Of a stretch of DNA of 10,530 nt, positions 5,908 through 10,530 are shown in pieces. Position 1 is the first letter of the stretch; each line of letters starts with the position of its first letter. The notes under the pieces were generated by a model. It was not told the origin of the DNA and did not search any database. It worked only from the letters and a program-made list of their open reading frames with translations. This DNA comes from Okeania sp. (GTDB lineage: Bacteria; Cyanobacteriota; Cyanobacteriia; Cyanobacteriales; Microcoleaceae). The stretch spans positions 1 to 10,530 of the forward strand of contig NZ_JAYKGW010000203.1 of NCBI RefSeq assembly GCF_035285525.1, given 5' to 3'. Made by a program: the position numbers and the translations under genes.

Positions 5908-7905
5908 ATGTCACGTTACAAAGTTGGTGGAAACTTAGCAGCAAATCATCCTACTTATGTAGTCAGAAAACAAGATACAGAATTATATGAAAAACTCTTA
6001 GCTGGAGAATATTGTTATATATTCAATGCTCGTCAAATGGGTAAATCTAGTTTGCGAGTGAGCGTGATGAAAAAATTACGTTCCCAAGGTTGTCAATGTG
6101 CAGTAATAGATATGAGTAGATTAGGTAATTCTTCTGCGCCAGAAAAATATTGGTATCGTCAATTTATGAAAAAGATATTTGGGGAATTGAACGATTTTTC
6201 GGTTCAAGAAAAGTCTTGGTGTAATGGATTTATCAAAGAATTATTTAGTGAATTTAATTTAAACTATAGTATCAATTCTCAAGAATGGATAGAAAATCAT
6301 CAAAGTTGGATAAGTACCCAAATTTTAGTTCAATTTATTGAAGAAATTTTATTCATTAATTTTCCAGCACCGCAAAAAATATATATTTTTCTCGATGAAA
6401 TTGATGCCCTGGTAAATTTACCTTTTAAGAATCAGTTTTTTGCCTTTATTCGCTCTTGTTATAATTTCCGAGCCGAAGCTGAAAATTCTGATTATCATCG
6501 GTTAGTTTTTGGTTTTTTTGGAGTAGTAACCCCAGAAGATTTAATTAAAGATGGCAAACATACTCCTTTTAATATTGGTCATGGTATTGAATTAACAGAG
6601 TTAACTTTTGAAGAGGGTAAAAAAAGTTTAATGGAAGGCTTAAAAGAAGTAGTTGATGAACCAGAAACTGTTTTAGAGAAAGTTTTTGATTGGAGTGGCG
6701 GTCAACCTTTTTTAACTCAGAAAATTTGTCAAATTATTCTTGATTATACTGATACTACTCAACCAGATATTGATAGTTTGGTAAAAGAACATATTTTGAC
6801 AGATTGGGAAGATAAAGATCGGCCTACTCATTTAAAATATATTCGCCATTATTTACTCAGTGAAACTTTACTTGCGCCTCAGTTACTGAGGCTATATAAA
6901 AAAATTTTATTGCCAGGAGAAATTAAAGTTAATGATAGTTCTATACAAATGGGATTGAGGCGATCGGGTATAGTTATTAAAAAACGAGATAAGTTGGTTG
7001 TTTTTAATAAAATATATCAGACAATTTTTAATCTAGATTGGGTAGAAGAGCAGTTAGCAAATTTAAGAAATCAAGGTCAAAAAATCTGGCCTCCTAATTG
7101 GAAACAAGTTGCTAGTTTAGTAATTTTCCTGGGAATTAGTTGGCAGTTATCGGTGCAGAAGTTTTTGTTAGATAGGCGGGTGTTTTTACAAGCTATTTAT
7201 CGTCAATATACTCGTCAAAATTCAACAAATAATATTCCCCCTGTGTTGTTAGTGCAAATAGATGATGAATCAATTATTAAAGCAGAAATTGCCCAACCTA
7301 ATCCTATGAGAAGGGATTATTTAGCTAGTTTAGTTAAACGAGTTTCTGAGTTAGAAACCAAGGTCATTGGAATTAATTATTTATTAGATCGCTCTCATAA
7401 AAGAAGGGATGGAGGAGTAGGCGATCGCCTCTTAGCAAAAGCTATTCCAACAGCAGTAAAAAAACAACAATTGATTGTTCTGGTTAACCGCAGCGGCTAT
7501 ACTATAATTCCTGAAATTGCTAATTTGAATTTGATTTTACAAGGAAATGTGAAAGTGATAAGTAATGGAAGATATTTAGCACTCCCCAATCTTGAATCTT
7601 CCGATGTAAAAGATTTTACTTTTTCCTCTATGTTGTTATTAGCTTATCACTTAAATTATGAGAAAAAGTCTGATAGTTTACCTCAAGTAAACTTACAAAA
7701 TCAGGTTAATTTTTCAGTTAATTATCAAAAATATTTTTCTGGAGTTTATCTTTGGAAATCCCTCACTTTTTTTTCCTATCGGTTGAAACAAAGGTGGCTG
7801 CTTCCAATTGTAGACTTTTCTATTAGTTATGACCAAGTATATGACTGTATTCATGCTTGGCGACTTTTGGAATCTCATAATTCTTTAGCTTCCAAAAAAA
7901 ACTAG
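5908..7905 (+). CDS. AAA-like (STAND-type) P-loop NTPase, one TM helix, and the N-terminal part of a CHASE2 domain. The reading frame is cut short by a frameshift in an A8 run.
   Basis: The N-terminus YKVGGNLAANHPTYVVRKQDTELYEKLLAGEYCYIFNARQMGKSSLRV matches the cyanobacterial 'AAA-like domain' family as I remember it. Walker A is GKS (6040-6048) and Walker B is IYIFLDEID (6379-6405). TM helix VASLVIFLGISWQL (~7109-7150). CHASE2-type start PPVLLVQIDDESI...RRDYLASLVKRVSELETKVIGINYLLDR. Confidence 0.85.
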   Translation: MSRYKVGGNLAANHPTYVVRKQDTELYEKLLAGEYCYIFNARQMGKSSLRVSVMKKLRSQGCQCAVIDMSRLGNSSAPEKYWYRQFMKKIFGELNDFSVQEKSWCNGFIKELFSEFNLNYSINSQEWIENHQSWISTQILVQFIEEILFINFPAPQKIYIFLDEIDALVNLPFKNQFFAFIRSCYNFRAEAENSDYHRLVFGFFGVVTPEDLIKDGKHTPFNIGHGIELTELTFEEGKKSLMEGLKEVVDEPETVLEKVFDWSGGQPFLTQKICQIILDYTDTTQPDIDSLVKEHILTDWEDKDRPTHLKYIRHYLLSETLLAPQLLRLYKKILLPGEIKVNDSSIQMGLRRSGIVIKKRDKLVVFNKIYQTIFNLDWVEEQLANLRNQGQKIWPPNWKQVASLVIFLGISWQLSVQKFLLDRRVFLQAIYRQYTRQNSTNNIPPVLLVQIDDESIIKAEIAQPNPMRRDYLASLVKRVSELETKVIGINYLLDRSHKRRDGGVGDRLLAKAIPTAVKKQQLIVLVNRSGYTIIPEIANLNLILQGNVKVISNGRYLALPNLESSDVKDFTFSSMLLLAYHLNYEKKSDSLPQVNLQNQVNFSVNYQKYFSGVYLWKSLTFFSYRLKQRWLLPIVDFSISYDQVYDCIHAWRLLESHNSLASKKN

Positions 7906-8023
7906 AAAATGTGAAGTAACTCAAATAATTGAAGATCAAGTTAAACAACAGATAGTAATAATAGTTCCTGGTGGATATGACAATGCAGGGCTAAAATACG
8001 GGGATGATAATTATACTCCACTG

Positions 8024-8371
8024 ATGGCTTTTAGTTATTGGAATAATGACAAAATTTTAACAGGAGGTGAAATTCATGCCTATATGCTACATCATCTTCT
8101 AATTAATAGAATAGTGATTCCTATACCTGATTTCTGGATGATTTGGGTGGGGGCTTTTTTGGGTCAAGGTGTGATTATTTTATTGCATAAATATCCAGGA
8201 AAGCGTGGTGAGTGGGTAGGGGTTTTTGTAGTTACTAATTTTGTTTATTTAATAGTTAGTTTGCAGGTTTATATTTCTGGGGTGTTTGTGTTACCTATTG
8301 TGTTGCCTTCTGTTACCTTTTGGATTTATATTCTACTGCATTATCGGATAAAAAATGATTTCCCAACTTAA
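8024..8371 (+). CDS. C-terminal part of the same CHASE2 protein in the +1 frame. This frame is open from 7889; ATG 8024 is only the first Met.
   Basis: Frame-2 translation from 7889 reads ..KKTRKCEVTQIIEDQVKQQIVIIVPGGYDNAGLKYGDDNYTPLMAFSYWNNDKILTGGEIHAYMLHHLLINRIVIPIPDFW. Three hydrophobic helices follow. This is the typical end of a CHASE2 domain. Confidence 0.8.
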   Translation: MAFSYWNNDKILTGGEIHAYMLHHLLINRIVIPIPDFWMIWVGAFLGQGVIILLHKYPGKRGEWVGVFVVTNFVYLIVSLQVYISGVFVLPIVLPSVTFWIYILLHYRIKNDFPT

Positions 8372-8441
8372 CTGTGGTATAAATCAAGTAAAATTTTCTA
8401 TCCCTAAAATATGTTTTGTTGAAAATTAAAAGGTGAAAAAT

Positions 8442-9077
8442 ATGCGTTATAAATTTTATTCATTTATATCTTTTTTTCTTCTATCAGTTTCTGGCTTACT
8501 ATGGGTGAATTATTATTCATTAATTAGTCAAGTAAATGCTCAAGTTATTGCTCAAAAGTCGCCTTCTAGCCAATACATTTTGGATCGACTCCAAGAAATA
8601 ATTTTTAATGCTAAAGAAGAACAATCCGAACCTCCAGAAACCTCTGATAAAAATACTTCTCGTGGTGATGATTTTTGTTTAATTGCACCTTGGTTATACA
8701 AATTAGAAAATTCCTCAGAGCAAATATTTGTAGAAGTTTTCCGAGAGCAACCTATCTTTATTTGGCAGAAAGATGCAGGGGCAATTTTCATACAAAATCC
8801 TGAAACTCAGGAGACAATTTGGGCAGAAGTTGTGGATTATGGAGTCAGAAAAATGGTTTATTCTGGTCAAACTTTAGAGAAGGGAAAAATTTATCATCTT
8901 TTCTTACACGAAGGCGATACAACTAGCTCTCCTTTTCCCTTTAAAATTATTAGTGGAAATCGCCGAAAAACTATTGAAGCAGAGTTGCAAAAATTGGAGA
9001 AAAAAGCTGGTGCTGCTTCTGCTGAAGAGATGGCTTTATTACGAGCTGATTATTTTCTGAAGCAAGGTTTATTATGA
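8442..9077 (+). CDS. Exported DUF928-like protein (about 211 aa from ATG 8442; the ORF track starts at GTG 8433)
   Basis: AAGGTG (8429-8434) lies 7 nt before ATG 8442. Signal peptide MRYKFYSFISFFLLSVSGLLWVNYYSLISQVNA-Q. The pattern ..SRGDDFCLIAPW...PIFIWQ...YSGQTLEKGKIYHL...LRADYFLKQGL fits my recollection of the DUF928 consensus (R-G..C..L.P, P-hF-W, L..Gk.Y, YA..G). Not verified by HMM. Confidence 0.55.
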   Translation: MRYKFYSFISFFLLSVSGLLWVNYYSLISQVNAQVIAQKSPSSQYILDRLQEIIFNAKEEQSEPPETSDKNTSRGDDFCLIAPWLYKLENSSEQIFVEVFREQPIFIWQKDAGAIFIQNPETQETIWAEVVDYGVRKMVYSGQTLEKGKIYHLFLHEGDTTSSPFPFKIISGNRRKTIEAELQKLEKKAGAASAEEMALLRADYFLKQGLL

Positions 9078-9169
9078 GATGCTTTTAATAAGATGTTATC
9101 AGTAAAAGAACCCTCTGATGAACTGAATGAAACTTTGAAAAAAATTAAGAAAGAAGAGTTTTGCCCCAC

Positions 9170-9200
9170 CAAGTAACACAAGCATCTTACTTGTTAATTT
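9170..9200 (+). terminator. Weak candidate intrinsic terminator
   Basis: CAAGTAA (9170-9176), a 10-nt loop, TTACTTG (9187-9193), then TTAATTT. The stem is short and AT-rich. Confidence 0.2.
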
Positions 9201-9291
9201 AAAGTAAAACAGACAAAATTCCTGTTAGTCTAACCCACATTCCGCAGGTCAACTTCCAAAATTAAAAATAGTGTGAAAAAAGGAGACTAAA

Positions 9292-9504
9292 ATGCAGCTA
9301 ACTAAAAATTTTCTGTTTTCAATCAGAAAACTAGGTTTTTCTGTAACTACAATTACTGGATTAGTTATTAATTTAACCACTGAAATAGCATTAGCAGGGA
9401 CTGCATGGCAAAAGCGAGAAATTACCAGGATTAACATATATATTTGCCATGCAGTAGATAATTTTTTTTGCTATTCAGACTTACGCAGGCAAACCCAGAA
9501 ATGA
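9292..9504 (+). CDS. Small 70-aa ORF with a hydrophobic N-terminus and a Cys-containing tail; unknown function
   Basis: This is the strongest RBS in the window: AGGAG at 9281-9285, 6 nt before the ATG. Translation is MQLTKNFLFSIRKLGFSVTTITGLVINLTTEIALAG...INIYICHAVDNFFCYSD... The last ~17 codons run into the dispersed repeat at 9454-9522, so the true 3' end is uncertain. Confidence 0.4.
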   Translation: MQLTKNFLFSIRKLGFSVTTITGLVINLTTEIALAGTAWQKREITRINIYICHAVDNFFCYSDLRRQTQK

Positions 9505-9522
9505 GTTTTCCGTGTAAGTCCT
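9454..9522 (+). repeat. Hairpin-family copy R6 with its upstream TAGATAA-T8 segment. Paralogous to 194-254.
   Basis: gtagataattttttttg..ACTTACGCAGGCAAACCCagaaatgagTTTTCCGTGTAAGTCCT aligns with caatagataatttttttttgcACTTACGCAGGCAAATCCagaaaccagATTTATTTGTGTAAGT. Confidence 0.8.
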
Positions 9523-9571
9523 GAGTTGGAAATCAAGTCAAACTTAACAATTCTATCAGGAGGAATTTACG

Positions 9572-10319
9572 ATGAAATATCCAACTTTTTTCAGTTACTT
9601 AACTCTGAGTTCTATCCTAACTTTAACTCCGGTTAAGTTAGGATTAGCTCAAACTCAAAATTCACTGTTAAACTATCAAAAGATTGTACAAGATCAAATC
9701 AGTCACAACTTAGGAAATCAGATAAATAGACTTTATCAACAAGGAGAGAAACAATTAAAAGCAGGTCAATTGCAGGGAGCTTTAAATAGTTATCAGCAGG
9801 CTTTAGCTATTGCTAAAAAAATGGGTAATTCCCAGTTTTTACAAGGGTTAATTTTACAAAGGATCGGAATAGTTTATGGATACCTAAGCGAGTACAAAAA
9901 AGCATTACAAAACTATGAACAAGCTGGGAAATTTTTTCAAGCAGAAGGGAAAACTAAGGATGTTGCATGGACGCTTATATACATTGGTAACGTTTTCAGA
10001 GATTTACAGAATTTTGAAGAAGCAGAAAAATTTTATCAGCAAGCTTTAGAAATTAGTAAAAAAATTGGCAGTCGAGATGTGGAAGGAGAAAGTATCAATG
10101 GTTTAGGCAGCCTCTACAATATTCAGGAGAACTAGGATTTAGCACTGAAATATTATCAACAAGCTTTGCAGCTTAACCAAGAAGAAGGCGATCGCCAAGG
10201 TGAAGGAGTAGTTATTAACAACATTGGAGTCGTTTATCGACAACAAAGTAAATACCAACAGGCGTTAGATGCTTACAAAGCAGCTTTGAAGATTGACAGA
10301 GAAATTAGTAATCGCCTTA
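9572..10319 (+). pseudogene. Exported tetratricopeptide-repeat protein, disrupted by an in-frame TAG (10133-10135) and truncated at its 3' end by an IS insertion at 10320
   Basis: AGGAGG (9560-9565) precedes the ATG. Signal-like MKYPTFFSYLTLSSILTLTPVKLGLA-QT. About 40-aa TPR units follow (..ALNSYQQALAIAKKMG.., ..ALQNYEQAGKFFQAEG.., ..AEKFYQQALEISKKIG.., ..ALKYYQQALQLNQEEGDRQGEG.., ..ALDAYKAALKIDREISNR). ORFs 9572-10135 and 10166-10348 are in the same frame. Confidence 0.85.
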
Positions 10320-10385
10320 GGCTTTGTTGCACAAAAGGTGACGTTTAGGCTATAAATAACATCAGGATCATACGAATCAGTAGAT

Positions 10386-10530
10386 ATGAGTAAGTCCAAG
10401 TCCAAGTCCAAGTCCAAGTCCAAGTCCAAGTCTAAGCCTAAGCCTCAATACAAGATCAAGAATTGGTCTGAGTATAATGCATCCTTGAAGCAACGAGGCA
10501 GCCTAACATTTTGGCTTAATCAAGAGGTAA
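10386..10530 (+). CDS. IS5-family DDE transposase, N-terminal fragment (partial at the window edge)
   Basis: MSKSKSKSKSKSKSKSKPKPQYKIKNWSEYNASLKQRGSLTFWLNQEV. The NW.EYN..L.QRGSLTFW motif is the characteristic N-terminal signature of IS5/IS903-type transposases. Confidence 0.75.
   Translation, partial: MSKSKSKSKSKSKSKSKPKPQYKIKNWSEYNASLKQRGSLTFWLNQEV
10392..10445 (+). repeat. Hexanucleotide microsatellite (AAGTCC)x6 plus AAGTCT and AAGCCT x2, encoding (KS)7(KP)2
   Basis: Read directly. In frame at the 5' end of the transposase ORF. Confidence 0.9.

Larger units (their letters stand above)
10320..10530 (+). mobile_element. Left end of an IS5-family insertion sequence (IS903-like terminus); continues beyond the window
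   Basis: GGCTTTGTTGCACAAAAGG at 10320 shares its first 10 nt with the IS903 terminal inverted repeat GGCTTTGTTGAATAAATC (from memory). The transposase ORF starts 66 nt inside the end. TPR homology stops exactly at 10319. Confidence 0.75.

Noticed and set aside
8433-8441. GTG 8433 as the start of the DUF928-like gene
   Set aside because: This GTG forms part of the AAGGTG Shine-Dalgarno-like sequence that is correctly spaced for ATG 8442. The difference is only three codons.
8552-8791. 79-aa minus-strand ORF
   Set aside because: Antisense to the DUF928-like CDS, with no independent support.
9249-9437. 62-aa minus-strand ORF opposite the small ORF 9292-9504
   Set aside because: The + strand ORF has a strong AGGAG RBS at ideal spacing. 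The minus ORF has none and would run against every other gene in the window.
10166-10348. A separate 60-aa TPR gene starting at TTG 10166
   Set aside because: It is in the same frame as 9572-10135, and the intervening 30 nt continue the TPR repeat (DLALKYYQQA). Its last 29 nt are IS sequence, so it is a fragment of the disrupted TPR gene and not an independent gene.

Overview
AT-rich window that looks like a filamentous cyanobacterium. Perfect HIP1 octamers GCGATCGC sit at 3951, 7421 and 10188, the gene families are cyanobacterial in type, and ACTTACGCAG...GTAAGTCCT hairpin repeats are scattered through it. Every credible gene is on the + strand. In order: (1) a 42-bp tandem array running off the left edge (1-210). 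(2) A multi-pass membrane protein gene (425-1600), tightly bracketed by two inverted copies of a ~90-nt long-hairpin element. (3) A dead copy of the leader and first codons of the TPR gene seen later in the window (1731-1807). (4) A 394-aa exported hypothetical protein (2011-3195), followed by an overlapping ORF of uncertain status. (5) A clear M48 zinc metallopeptidase (3873-5393). (6) A 515-bp repeat-dense spacer. (7) The most interesting part, a gene string made of an AAA-like P-loop NTPase fused to TM-CHASE2 (5908-8371), a DUF928-like exported protein (8442-9077), a small 70-aa ORF (9292-9504) and an exported TPR protein (9572-10319). This looks like an uncharacterised envelope-spanning sensor module of the kind that accompanies TPR-CHAT proteins in cyanobacteria. 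Here it carries several independent lesions: a frameshift in an A8 run, an in-frame TAG replacing a repeat-conserved Tyr, a possible TGA truncation, and an IS5-family (IS903-like end) insertion at 10320 that removes the rest of the TPR gene. No rRNA, tRNA or CRISPR array was recognised. All family assignments come from motif recognition by eye and need HMM confirmation.
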